The notes: generated by a model from the letters alone, not told the origin. A stretch of DNA of 64,000 bases from an uncultured delta proteobacterium (GCA_963789395.1 CAWBKP010000014.1:256001-320000), one strand, 5' to 3'. Numbered from the stretch's first letter, positions 23,198-32,806 are shown. Made by a program: numbers and translations.

Positions 23198-23917
23198 TCA
23201 AACTCTCGGGTTTTCTTCACAATTCTTCCCCGTCAAGGCCTGCACAAACAGGGTTACCAATACAGCTAAAGACTCAAAATCGATCAATTGCGTCGCATTG
23301 CGATCGAACAACAGGGTAGTCCGGGCAGGAAATTCTTCGTCTCGGTCATAGAAAATAAGCTGTAGTAAAATGTGCGGAAGCAAATCAAAGATTATGCTGA
23401 TCGAACCCAATCCAGCGTCCCCACCTTGATTGCCCCCGATAGCCGCCGCGACTGATAACAATTCTGGAACACGAGCTTGAAAGCACCTTGTGATGGGACG
23501 TTCTAAGGCGCTCTTGGAATAACTACCTTGCTTGAACAAAGGCCCGGCAAGCTCTGCAAAAGTTACAAACTGTCCGAATGGTCGGCTGCGACTGGCTTTC
23601 AAAATGTAATGGATCAGTGCACTTCCAGTAACATATGAGACTTTTTGGCCATCGAATCTCCGTACACCATCATTGGATACCAGGTAGTTGACGCCTAAAA
23701 ACGAGACCTCAGCCTCCCCCGCATCGTTAAGTTGAAGATTAAGGTGTTCTGCTGAGGTGGCAATATCCGCAGATGATAGATGTGTGAGAAGATCCTCATA
23801 AATCCATTTATGGCCGCCAATGGCTTTTGATTCTTTCAAATATGATCCTCGTTCGTTTATACTCAAGGGTTCCTGAACAAAACAAAATTCAGCGTTAGCA
23901 GCAACTTGATCTTCCAT
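23198..23917 (-). CDS. DUF3786 domain protein
   Basis: FLG..Y, LIHYIL, F.EL.G, LP.I.L.LIFYDRDEEFPA...LLFD pattern. Confidence 0.75.
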   Translation of the reverse strand: MEDQVAANAEFCFVQEPLSINERGSYLKESKAIGGHKWIYEDLLTHLSSADIATSAEHLNLQLNDAGEAEVSFLGVNYLVSNDGVRRFDGQKVSYVTGSALIHYILKASRSRPFGQFVTFAELAGPLFKQGSYSKSALERPITRCFQARVPELLSVAAAIGGNQGGDAGLGSISIIFDLLPHILLQLIFYDRDEEFPARTTLLFDRNATQLIDFESLAVLVTLFVQALTGKNCEENPRV

Positions 23918-23972
23918 GGGGCAATATCGCTTTCACATACCAAAACACACTTGGTCACGGTTTTCTTCGCAA

Positions 23973-25037
23973 TTACTTTGGAATAGATCGCGCCATTCCC
24001 TTCACGATCATAACTTCTTTATTGCTATTCAGCCTTGCCTTTTCTTCCGCCCTGGAGCCTGCTGTAACGTATACGCGCTCCTGACGGTCCTTGAGGGGCT
24101 TAAGTATCCTTTCGATATGTTCTTTCTTGTTTTCATGATAATAGCTTTTGACTTCTTCTCCCGCAGGGCAAACGGCCATGCAATAGCTGCACCGGTAGCT
24201 CATCCGAAACATTAATGACTGCCACATGAAGCCCGTCTCTCGATCATCGAAATGAGAATTGTATTCCTCCAGATTCTGAGATGTGACGATGGCTTCCACC
24301 AGATTATTAAACCCGGTGAAATTGTCTCGGTACGTGTGAGTTGAGCAGGCCATGAAATCAAAAAGTTGGCCTTTGGTGATCGCTCCAGTGGGGCATACAG
24401 CAGCGCAAAGGTTACACTTGATGCAGGGGTTATCCTTAAGGGGAAGATCATATTCATCAAACACCCCATTTACCAGAATACTTTCCAATTGAATGCAACT
24501 GCCATATTTCGGGTGAAGAACGAGCCGGCTTATCCCCATGTGTCCCAGACCAGCCTCCACGGCCATTATCTTGTGGCTTACGTCCCATATTTTCCCTGGA
24601 TATCGATCCATAGCCATGGGCCATCCCTTGTTGACGACGGCCCCCCGAATACCCAATTGATTCAGGCGGCGAAGGATCTCGCGAGAGACGCTAGAAATCT
24701 TATCCCCCGTGTGATGAAATTCTTCATTGGCCACATAGCGGGCCGGGCTCTGAATGTTCTCGCGGTTATTGACCACGATGACGGAAATGATACTCCGCGT
24801 AAGGGGATAGATGTATAGCATTCCATCCCGTTCCTTTTCTATCGATTCCCGTGCCATATCCACCAGGCCCACATCGTCGGCCCCGGCTTCCAGACATATT
24901 TTTTTGACCACCTCGGCGGCGTAGATGCTTGCTCCTTGAGCTTTATCATTTTGCAGCATATTCTTACCTCGACTTCTTCCTGTCTTGTTCTGGTTTTCCC
25001 TTTTTCCCATCAATTCATTCTTCACGCTTTCTTCCAT
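23973..25037 (-). CDS. QueG/reductive-dehalogenase-like bis-[4Fe-4S] protein
   Basis: AGADDVG, SHK..AVEAGLG..G, HPKYG, CIKCNLCAAVCP and C...CSYCMAVCP motifs. No Tat signal seen. Confidence 0.8.
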   Translation of the reverse strand: MEESVKNELMGKRENQNKTGRSRGKNMLQNDKAQGASIYAAEVVKKICLEAGADDVGLVDMARESIEKERDGMLYIYPLTRSIISVIVVNNRENIQSPARYVANEEFHHTGDKISSVSREILRRLNQLGIRGAVVNKGWPMAMDRYPGKIWDVSHKIMAVEAGLGHMGISRLVLHPKYGSCIQLESILVNGVFDEYDLPLKDNPCIKCNLCAAVCPTGAITKGQLFDFMACSTHTYRDNFTGFNNLVEAIVTSQNLEEYNSHFDDRETGFMWQSLMFRMSYRCSYCMAVCPAGEEVKSYYHENKKEHIERILKPLKDRQERVYVTAGSRAEEKARLNSNKEVMIVKGMARSIPK

Positions 25038-25130
25038 GATCCTTAAATTAGCACTTGAAAAGGAAGGAAGAAAGTGGCATAAATGACAAAAATCATGCAG
25101 AATCGGCCATGAGGCCGTGGGGAGAGAATA

Positions 25131-26146
25131 ATGGCAAGGATGACCTTTTTGGCGGCAGAAGGCTGTCTCTTTTCGGGCATAAGTGGCTTGATCGACGCCT
25201 TTTCCATTGCGAACTTATGGTATCGGGCCTTGAACAAAGACAGATCGGATTCGCTATTCGAGACGGAAATCGTTACAGTGAAGGGAGAGATGGTAAGTGC
25301 CCACGGTGGAATCCGTGTTCACCCTGATGGGGCCTTAGAGGACGTCAATCAGACGGACTTGATCCTTATCCCCGCATTCCTCCCTGTGGACCAACCTCTG
25401 ACGCAGAAAGCAGGGGAAATTTCGGAGTGGCTGATCGATAGATACCAGAGGAGAACAAACATCGCCGCCATGTGCACCGGCACTTTTATGCTGGCGGAAA
25501 CCGGGCTTCTCAACGGGAAAATCGCGACGACCAACTGGCAGTTTGCCAGACGCTTTCAGCGCCGATATCCAAAGGTGCATCTCAGGATGGATCGGATCCT
25601 CACCGAGGAGGCCCGCCTCATCTGCACGGGGGCGGCCACATCCATGTACAACTTGGGACTACACCTTATCAGGTCTTTTGGATCCGAAGAGCTGGCATCC
25701 GTGTGCTCGAAGGCCTTGCTGGTTGACCCTAACCGGGACAGTCAGTCACCTTATTCTATTTTCAGCGTCAGGAAAGATCACGGCGATGGGAGTATATTGG
25801 AGACGCAGGAATGGATGCAAGAACACTACGCCGACAACATCACCATCGACGCCATTGCAAGGGAAGCAGGGATCAGCCCCAGGCATTTTAAGCGGCGTTT
25901 CAGAAAAGCCACCGGGGATTCCCCCCTCGGCTATCTTCAGAATCTACGTATGGAGGCCGCGAAAAGGAAACTTGAGACAACGCTCGATAATGTAAACGAA
26001 ATCACTTTCCAGATCGGATACGAGGACAGCAGTACCTTTCGAAGACTCTTCAAGAGATATACCGGCATCTCTCCTATAGAGCCTACCGCGACAAGTTTTC
26101 GCAATCCAAGCACCCTCACATCGCTGCTGAGACCGGGAACGCTTGA
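25131..26146 (+). CDS. GlxA-family (DJ-1/PfpI + AraC HTH) transcriptional regulator
   Basis: CTGTFMLAETGLLNGKIATT, GYEDSSTFRRLFKR. An indel near 26080 hides the usual SP..YRDKF tail ending at TGA 26146; the track ORF ends at 26186. Confidence 0.88.
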
Positions 26147-26293
26147 GATTCCAAGGATTAGTTTCCTGGCAGATATAAGCAGGTGAGAATTGTATCTGGT
26201 AATCCTCGTCCTTCAGATTTTTTAGCGACCGAATATAATAGTAAATAGCTCTCTCGTTATAGAAAATATTTATACCACCATAGTCGGGTTAAT

Positions 26294-26785
26294 TCAGTTG
26301 TAATTTTCTCCGGAAACTGCCGGCCACGGCAGGCAGTTACAAAATCGACACAGTGAAAGCGAGTCTTTCATGTGTCGCGATTTCCAAGCACAGTATTTGC
26401 GATGACCGCTGTCTTTGGGTGAGTCGCTTCCCGGGTGTCGTACCTCGGGAGGATGGAGAGGTTCTCGAACCACAAAAGCCAGGTACTCCGAAACAATGGC
26501 GATATATTTGTCGTACCCAAGATTCCCAGTACAATTTTTCTTCATGTAGACGTTCATTCGGTTTCTGAAATCATCTATATTATTTTCTTTTACTTCACCA
26601 ATTATGGAGGACGGGTCCAGATACAACAACTCTTCGGAAACGGCAAGGTTGTGAGCGATGAGGGCGTCTTCAATAATTCCCGACTTTTGGGCGGCCCGAT
26701 CCTGCCGGGCTTTGGCGAATACCTGATCTTTCAGAAGGGAAGATAATCTGTGTTGCAGGTCTTTAACAAGCTGTGACGTGTTCAT
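26294..26785 (-). CDS. DUF2115 (UPF0305)-like protein
   Basis: C-terminal YL.F...EPLHP.....PG...YC..K......SLC.FC.C matches the DUF2115 signature as I recall it. Confidence 0.65.
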   Translation of the reverse strand: MNTSQLVKDLQHRLSSLLKDQVFAKARQDRAAQKSGIIEDALIAHNLAVSEELLYLDPSSIIGEVKENNIDDFRNRMNVYMKKNCTGNLGYDKYIAIVSEYLAFVVREPLHPPEVRHPGSDSPKDSGHRKYCAWKSRHMKDSLSLCRFCNCLPWPAVSGENYN

Positions 26786-26908
26786 GAGTCTTCGTCGCTT
26801 TCTAAATTCAGGGCTGTCGAAACTATATCGCATGATCTCAATCGATGGAGATACCTGACAAGCTCAGTCGTACTCGCGAGTGATTCTGCTGACCACAAAT
26901 CGACAGGA

Positions 26909-27910
26909 TTAATTTTTATATTCCTTTATTGCCCTTACAAAAGCTTCTATGTTTTCGATTTTAGCGGGAGGGTAGATGTCCGCACGTGGACCCACAGCCG
27001 TAAAACCCATGTCCAGACAGCGATGGACATTTTCAGTGATCTCGGCCGGCGTGGCGTTCGCCAACATGTCGTAACCGCCGCACTCGCTAAACAGCGGCAT
27101 CCCTTCGGGTAGGCGTTCTCTAACATCTTCCATACAGCAGTCCCTGTCGAGGAACATTCCATCTGGTTCACATGCCAGCATGAAATCGACAACCTTCAGA
27201 GAGTTGCCGGAAATATGAATAATTTGAGGAAGTTTCTTAGGCCTGAAAATATCCTGCAAAAAGGGTAATATCAGTTTGTTGAATATTTTTGGAGAAACGG
27301 AGGCACCGGCACCTTCGACGACAATCATGAAATCGACGCCTGCGTGCAAGTAAACATCAATCAATTTAAGAATGAATCCCGTCAGCTGCTTGAAAATTCT
27401 CCGGGTTTTGTTCTGGTGTTTCAGCAATGCCAAATAAAGCGCGTCTATATCCAGCACCTGACCAGCCAGTGTAAACGGACCGGGCAGGAAGATTCCTACC
27501 GGGCCTATTGCTCGGGTATCTTCTTTGACGGCACGGATGCTCTTGAGAATGGCCGGCATCCGGCCTTTTTCCGGCAGATCCTCGGGGATGTCGATATCGT
27601 CATTCACGGAGAAAGGTTTGTTTCCAATGGTAGGATACACCGGATTGCCGTCCACGGCATCGTGATATCGCACCTCGGCGCCAAGGATCTCCGCTTCCAC
27701 ATTCATATCAAATGGTAGCACCGTCGATTCAAACCCAAACTCAAAGCTCATGAGAGCGGCTTCGGTCATGGCCTTATGCTCCCCCATAATGGAATTAAAC
27801 GGCAATCCCCTTTCCCGGATGCGGGTCAAAGGTAAAAAGGGACCGAGATGGAACGTTGATATGTTTCCTTTTCGGTATGTTTCCATTAGTTGTATGAGCG
27901 AATTATTCAT
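26909..27910 (-). CDS. Uroporphyrinogen decarboxylase-superfamily protein (MtaA/CmuA-like methylcobamide methyltransferase)
   Basis: PFDMNVEAEILG, GRMPAIL, GPFTLA, VSP..F. The usual Zn-binding HICG appears as HISG. Confidence 0.75.
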   Translation of the reverse strand: MNNSLIQLMETYRKGNISTFHLGPFLPLTRIRERGLPFNSIMGEHKAMTEAALMSFEFGFESTVLPFDMNVEAEILGAEVRYHDAVDGNPVYPTIGNKPFSVNDDIDIPEDLPEKGRMPAILKSIRAVKEDTRAIGPVGIFLPGPFTLAGQVLDIDALYLALLKHQNKTRRIFKQLTGFILKLIDVYLHAGVDFMIVVEGAGASVSPKIFNKLILPFLQDIFRPKKLPQIIHISGNSLKVVDFMLACEPDGMFLDRDCCMEDVRERLPEGMPLFSECGGYDMLANATPAEITENVHRCLDMGFTAVGPRADIYPPAKIENIEAFVRAIKEYKN

Positions 27911-27923
27911 TTCATTTCCGCAA

Positions 27924-28556
27924 TTACCCGATTTGTTTTTTTTGGGCAGAGCATTTTTGTTGATTCCGATCCAACGCATCTAATAAAATGTTTTTTAGAC
28001 CTTCAAGGCCTATATCCTTGCTTTCGAGAATCGGCAGACCGGTATGGTCTGCAATAAAGTCGATCTTTGACTGGTAATCGTCCAGATCCCCCATGGCGTC
28101 TAAAAGAATAATACCGTCGAGCATGCCGAACATCCCCTGGGTTTTTTCTCTGCTTTCCCCCTTTATTTTCTCTACAAATCGGATAAAAGATTGATTTAAA
28201 AATAAATATTTATGATCTGGGTCTATCTCCAGAAGTTTCCCCTTGCCGCCGAGCAGGCAGTCGATACAGTTCAACGCATCAACCTTGATAGCATCATACT
28301 TGTCGATCAACTGTTTCATTTCACCGTTAAATCCCAGGCAGACATCGCCGTAAACAACGACGACACCCCGATGGCTCTCCTTTTGAAGTTTTTTGAGTGC
28401 ACCGTTAAGCCCGCGTCTCAGAAGATTGTAGTCCATATGCAGTTTTTCACTCAGGAAATAGGTATCCACGTCGATATCGCCTTTTGCCTGGAGACACTCG
28501 ATCTCTTTGCGCAAAATACCGCATGAGATAACAAGGGGTTTTTCTCCACGTTCCAT
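27924..28556 (-). CDS. DUF1638 domain protein
   Basis: ISCGILRKEI, LH, YGDVC, NCIDCLLGG motifs. Confidence 0.8.
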   Translation of the reverse strand: MERGEKPLVISCGILRKEIECLQAKGDIDVDTYFLSEKLHMDYNLLRRGLNGALKKLQKESHRGVVVVYGDVCLGFNGEMKQLIDKYDAIKVDALNCIDCLLGGKGKLLEIDPDHKYLFLNQSFIRFVEKIKGESREKTQGMFGMLDGIILLDAMGDLDDYQSKIDFIADHTGLPILESKDIGLEGLKNILLDALDRNQQKCSAQKKQIG

Positions 28557-28585
28557 CTGAGACTCCAATTTGGGGTTCAAAGGCT

Positions 28586-28625
28586 AAAAAGCCGACAGAC
28601 AAAGCATCCGTTGCCGGCTGTCGGC
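28586..28625 (-). terminator. Intrinsic terminator-like hairpin
   Basis: GCCGACAG...CTGTCGGC followed by TTTTT on the minus strand, just after the Rieske gene. Confidence 0.55.
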
Positions 28626-28640
28626 ATATACTGGCAGTTT

Positions 28641-29062
28641 CTATGCAATCGAAACAATCAGTTTTTCCTGATCCTTTTCCACCGGATAACGGGTTATCGG
28701 GTGAGGCGTAGGGCCGAAGATTTTATTTCCACCTGAATCGTAAGTCGACTTGTTAACGCTGCAGCACTGCACCGTGTCGGTTCCGGGAACCGGATCCAAA
28801 CGGCGATGGCCCAAATGGGTGCACCGATTGTGAAACGCACGATACTCTCCGTCCTCTCCGTAAACAACCAGCACCCGTTTGGGAAGGTTTTTACCTTCAA
28901 ACCGGATTGCGCCACCGGGACTTTTCAATTCCGATACCTTACCCAAATCGATGGTCAGTTTTCCATCTGCATAATTCCAGCAGCCTTCTATTCCAGGTTT
29001 GGTGGTCGCCGATATACCCAACAACGCTGAAAAAAACTTCTTTTCAAGAATTTTATGCCCAT
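28641..29062 (-). CDS. Rieske-like [2Fe-2S] domain protein (frameshift near 29024)
   Basis: NRCTHLGH...QCCSV..STYD..G..GP..PI..Y. ATG 29062 gives MGIKFLKRSFFQR, one T short of joining LLGISAT. Confidence 0.75.
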
Positions 29063-29093
29063 GTTTTCTTCCCCATTAGATAAGTATTTCTTG

Positions 29094-29130
29094 TAAGTAT
29101 CCCCCGGCAGAGCCGGGGGGTTACCCATTA
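29094..29130. mobile_element. Solo GC-rich hairpin resembling IS200/IS605-family terminal hairpins
   Basis: TAAGTATCCCCCGGC-AGA-GCCGGGGGGTTACCCATTA; perfect 8-bp stem, no U-tail, no tnpA nearby. Confidence 0.45.
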
Positions 29131-29247
29131 TTAATTATGTTTTGATTGAGAGCATCACGAGTCTGCCAAAAATACAGATTTCATCGTACCCATAGTCAAC
29201 CATAGTTGCATAGATTGCTGAGTCAAACCATCATTATTGACACAAAA

Positions 29248-29294
29248 GGTATTCATAAGAAAACCGGACTGTTGATATTTCTGTTTGGGATCAT
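29248..29294 (-). repeat. Module-border repeat, copy 3 of 6
   Basis: GGTAT TCATA AGAAAA CCGG ACTGTTGATA TTTCTGT TTGGGATCAT. Confidence 0.7.
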
Positions 29295-29409
29295 TAATCT
29301 TAAGAAGAGTCGGTAACTTCACAAAAAAAAGATCCTTTTCTGGCCCGGCTAAACGAGCTTAGCGAATTGTCCAATTTATTGGGAATCAATTTACAATTCA
29401 ATCAATTGG

Positions 29410-30045
29410 TTATCTTATAAAATTGGTTATAACTTTTTGGACTGGAGCCGGAGCCGGCAATGTATTTATAGTCTGCTCCCGCATCTTTAGAAGCCAGACC
29501 ATATTATTACCCACGACTTCCATTATTTGAACACCTTCCTCATCTTTAATGACTTCCCCGGGTATCCTTCCATGGATTACATTCCAGTAATTTGATGTTG
29601 TAAGTATCATTTCAGAATAAGCAAGAAAATGATACAAACTATCCAAAGTTGCTGAACCGCCAGTACGCCGAACAGCAACGATTGCAGTTGCAATTTTATG
29701 TCGGAACAACCCACCGTTACTTGAAGATACGTAAAACGCGCGGTCCAGAAAACATTTCATTGTACCTGCGACTCCAGAAAAATGGACAGGAGAGCCCAGA
29801 ATAAGCCCGTCAGCAGCTTTAATGCTTTGAATCCATTTGTTAAGAGAGTCAGTCGTAATTGAACATTTTTCGTCCTTATTTTCCCTGCATTTTCCGCAAG
29901 CAATGCAGCCTCGTATCGATTTATTGCCTATGTGAATAATTTCGAAATTAATATCGTTTTCTTTAAGCTTGGCTCCGATAATCTTAAGGGCATGAAAAGT
30001 ATTACCTTCCTTGTTGGGGCTTCCATTTATTGCAATTACTTTCAT
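29410..30045 (-). CDS. Iron-sulfur flavoprotein (flavodoxin/NADPH-dependent FMN reductase family)
   Basis: INGSPNKEGNT, CIACGKC...C, GSPVHF; RBS AGGAG; visibly AT-rich compared with the flanks of the window. Confidence 0.9.
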   Translation of the reverse strand: MKVIAINGSPNKEGNTFHALKIIGAKLKENDINFEIIHIGNKSIRGCIACGKCRENKDEKCSITTDSLNKWIQSIKAADGLILGSPVHFSGVAGTMKCFLDRAFYVSSSNGGLFRHKIATAIVAVRRTGGSATLDSLYHFLAYSEMILTTSNYWNVIHGRIPGEVIKDEEGVQIMEVVGNNMVWLLKMREQTINTLPAPAPVQKVITNFIR

Positions 30046-30543
30046 AAAAAACTCCTTTTTATATGCTATAAGATAGTTTTGTTAATTGGCCGACGACGGT
30101 ACCGAGGCCCCAAGTCTGGACAGCTGGATGGGGTAAATGAGCTCTAAGTTGGTTTGAAAATGGAAACATCAAGCGGTTTTGGCAGGTTGAATTTGGTTGT
30201 AAAATATTTCATCAGGTCTCAATCTTGTCAAAAGACTGATGCCCACTGACTTTTGAATCCTTACATATATCAGAAAGTATTTATTTCAGGATTTTTTTTC
30301 ATGAATACTTTGAGTATCTCTAACCATAGCCGAACTGGCCGGCGGTCGTCAAAACATTTCAAAGGTGATGCTGCTGCATTCTGACCTTTCAACGATACAG
30401 ATTTATCAGGGAAAAGTCAGCGATGTTTAAGGCATAATGTTGGTCGACAATCTCCGAGGGTAATTTTGGCGATAGCCGAGTCGGGATCTTTGGCATCGGG
30501 TCGGTTATTTCGAAGGACCTACCCATTAATCAAGAATTGCATT

Positions 30544-30590
30544 GGTATCCATGAGAAAATCGGCCTGTGAATACTCAACATTTGGATAAC
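30544..30590 (-). repeat. Module-border repeat, copy 4 of 6 (extended homology to copy 5 over about 30260-30590)
   Basis: GGTAT CCATG AGAAAA TCGG CCTGTGAATA CTCAACA TTTGGATAAC. Second shared block TAACCATAGCCGAACTGG.CGGC.GTCGTCAAAACATTT at 30321 and 43212. Confidence 0.9.
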
Positions 30591-30596
30591 AAAATT

Positions 30597-30653
30597 GTTG
30601 AACGTGCAGATCACCAGCGGCTGTTATCCGTCCGGTGGATTGCGGGGTTAGAC
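30597..30653 (-). mobile_element. Integron attC-like site (57 bp)
   Basis: Minus strand GTCTAAC-CCCGCAATCCACCGGACGGATAACAGCCGCTGGTGATCTGCAC-GTTCAAC: RYYYAAC start, GTT end, imperfect palindrome with unpaired bases. Confidence 0.65.
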
Positions 30654-30693
30654 CCTGGATAGCGGCTCATACATTTATTTATCGATTTCGGTC

Positions 30694-30910
30694 TTAAAAT
30701 AAATTTTCAAAGATTCTTATGTTATCAAAACGGAGGGGATATTTACCATCTTCAATACCATGTATAATTTCTACAACCAAATCGTTGAACGGAGTAGGGA
30801 CATCATATTTATCTCCATACTTACATACCACTCCGTTAATCGAATCAATTTCGCACCCCCGACCTTTTTCAAGGTCTTGCAGCATGATTGCTTTTAATAA
30901 TCTATGTTTG
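30694..30910 (-). pseudogene. panE: C-terminal fragment of ketopantoate reductase
   Basis: KHRLLKAIMLQDLEKGRGCEIDSINGVV...VPTPFND matches the ApbA/PanE C-terminus; the N-terminal part is missing. Confidence 0.75.
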
Positions 30911-31047
30911 CCCTTCCTTTATTGGACAACAGAATTTCTTTGATGCTGGGCTTAATTTTCATGATATCCTCCCTGAAGCAATGAATCTTCCAGTTTATCG
31001 AGACCAGACCTTTCCCTCGCAATCCAATGAGAGCTTTGTCTTGATCG

Positions 31048-32196
31048 TCACACTGCTTCATTATTCTCTATACGCGGATCGACAACCACAATGGTAATTC
31101 CCTTTGCTTTTAGGATCAGCCGCTCGACAATCGTTTTTCTTCCCAGCCAGTTCTTCCAGAAAGGCAGCGGGCTTGGGCGGCCGATGACAATATGTCCCAC
31201 GCGGTATTCCCTGGCAAAGTGCAGAATCGTATCTGCAATGTCCTCCCCTTTGTAGGTAAAAACCATGGCACCCAGTGAGTTGGCCAGCGTCAGGGTATCC
31301 GACAGAAAGCGCTGGGTGGTTGCGTCAATCACGGTAGGAGCTTCACTTGGCGTTTGTATATAGACTGCATACCAGTCACGGTTCAGGCGTCCGGCAAGCC
31401 GGGACCCGTAACGAAGCAGCATAGCACTGTTGGGTCCTCGCGAGCTCAGACACACCATCACCTGATCGGGGACAATATGCTGTTCCTCTTTGGGGGCACT
31501 GCGGCGTTTGATATCCAGCTGTGAAGCCAGTTCTCGAAGCGTCAGCTCCCGAAGCTCATCCAGGTTGCTGCGCTGGAAGAAATGATCAAGGGCCGTGGAC
31601 ACCCGCTCTTTGGGATAAACCTTGCCTTCACGCAGGCGTTGCTGCAGATCCTGTGTCGCCAGGTCCACATTCACAATTTCATCGGCGTCAAAAAGAACGG
31701 AATCCGGCAGCCTTTCGTGCACTTTAACCCCCACAAGTGCTTCAACCGTGTCATAAAGGCTTTCCAGATGCTGGATGTTAAGTGTGCTGATTACGTGAAT
31801 ACCCGCATCCAGAAGTATCTGCACGTCCTGATAGCGTTTGAGGTTTTTCCCGCCTGGGGCATTGGTATGGGCCAGCTCATCCACCAGAGCCACTTCTGGC
31901 TTACGGGCCAGAACCGCATCCATGTCCATCTCGTCAATCATGATTCCGTGATATTGAATCCGACGCCGCGGAATGACTTCAAGACCTTCGACAAGCTCTG
32001 CTGTTTCGATTCTGTCATGTGCTTCCACCAGCCCCACAACCACATCAATCTTTTCCTGCTTGATTCGGTGGCCCTCAAGCAGCATCTGCCATGTTTTCCC
32101 GACACCCGGTCCATAGCCCAGGTATATTTTCAGCTTGCCGCGTTGAGAACGGCGGATCAACCTTAGAAAACTGAGAGCCTTGTCGTCGGATGTCAT
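31048..32196 (-). CDS. kdpD: Stand-alone KdpD N-terminal sensor + USP domain protein (no TM or kinase domain)
   Basis: RGKLKIYLGYGPGVGKT, DELAHTN, NIQHLESL, LRELTL; ends after the USP domain. Confidence 0.9.
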   Translation of the reverse strand: MTSDDKALSFLRLIRRSQRGKLKIYLGYGPGVGKTWQMLLEGHRIKQEKIDVVVGLVEAHDRIETAELVEGLEVIPRRRIQYHGIMIDEMDMDAVLARKPEVALVDELAHTNAPGGKNLKRYQDVQILLDAGIHVISTLNIQHLESLYDTVEALVGVKVHERLPDSVLFDADEIVNVDLATQDLQQRLREGKVYPKERVSTALDHFFQRSNLDELRELTLRELASQLDIKRRSAPKEEQHIVPDQVMVCLSSRGPNSAMLLRYGSRLAGRLNRDWYAVYIQTPSEAPTVIDATTQRFLSDTLTLANSLGAMVFTYKGEDIADTILHFAREYRVGHIVIGRPSPLPFWKNWLGRKTIVERLILKAKGITIVVVDPRIENNEAV

Positions 32197-32204
32197 GGTG
32201 TCGC

Positions 32205-32795
32205 CTACCCTTTGCTTGCGTCTAAAGCCAGATTTAGTTCGAATACATTTACTCCGGGCTCGCCGAGAAAACCAAGGTCAGGTCCATCCGTATGGATACG
32301 GATAAGGCTTTGCACCATATCTTCGGATAGCCCTCTTTCCCTGGCGACACGGGCAGACTGCATTTTGGCATTTGCAAGGCTGATATGCGGGTCCAGGCCG
32401 CTGGCGGATGCTGTGATCGCATCTGCAGGGATTTTCACGGAAAGAGCAATGCCGTTCTCCGTGCGATACGCGGTAACACGTTTTTTTACTTGATCCATAA
32501 GTTTCTGCGAAAGCGGCCCCAAATTACTGCCGCCCGAATTTGTCGCATCATACCCTTCACCCGCTGCCGATGGACGTGGATGAAAATACTGCGGCCCGCT
32601 AAACCCCTGGGCAATCAGCCGGCTGCCAAGTACTTGACCATCACGAGTGACTATCGAACCATTTGCCCGGGAATAAAATCCGATTTGCGCAATTCCCCAT
32701 ACAATCGCCGGATAAATGCCACATAATAAAACAGCCAAAACGACCGTGGTCAGAATGGCCGCTTTCACTTCTTTGATAAATGCTTCTGTTTTCAT
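32205..32795 (-). CDS. kdpC: K+-transporting ATPase subunit C
   Basis: GSRLIAQ, YFHPRPSA, SGGSNLGP, TASASGLDPHIS, VNV..LNLALD. Confidence 0.95.
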   Translation of the reverse strand: MKTEAFIKEVKAAILTTVVLAVLLCGIYPAIVWGIAQIGFYSRANGSIVTRDGQVLGSRLIAQGFSGPQYFHPRPSAAGEGYDATNSGGSNLGPLSQKLMDQVKKRVTAYRTENGIALSVKIPADAITASASGLDPHISLANAKMQSARVARERGLSEDMVQSLIRIHTDGPDLGFLGEPGVNVFELNLALDASKG

Positions 32796-32806
32796 GAACA
32801 TCTCCT

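Noticed and set aside
23973..25037. Calling this a respiratory reductive dehalogenase (rdhA)
   Set aside because: No Tat signal and no rdhB anchor gene; only the shared QueG/RdhA-like core is evident.
30085..30205. Possible long degenerate attC upstream of the iron-sulfur flavoprotein gene
   Set aside because: The arms pair poorly and one terminal box is missing; cannot be supported without a covariance-model search.
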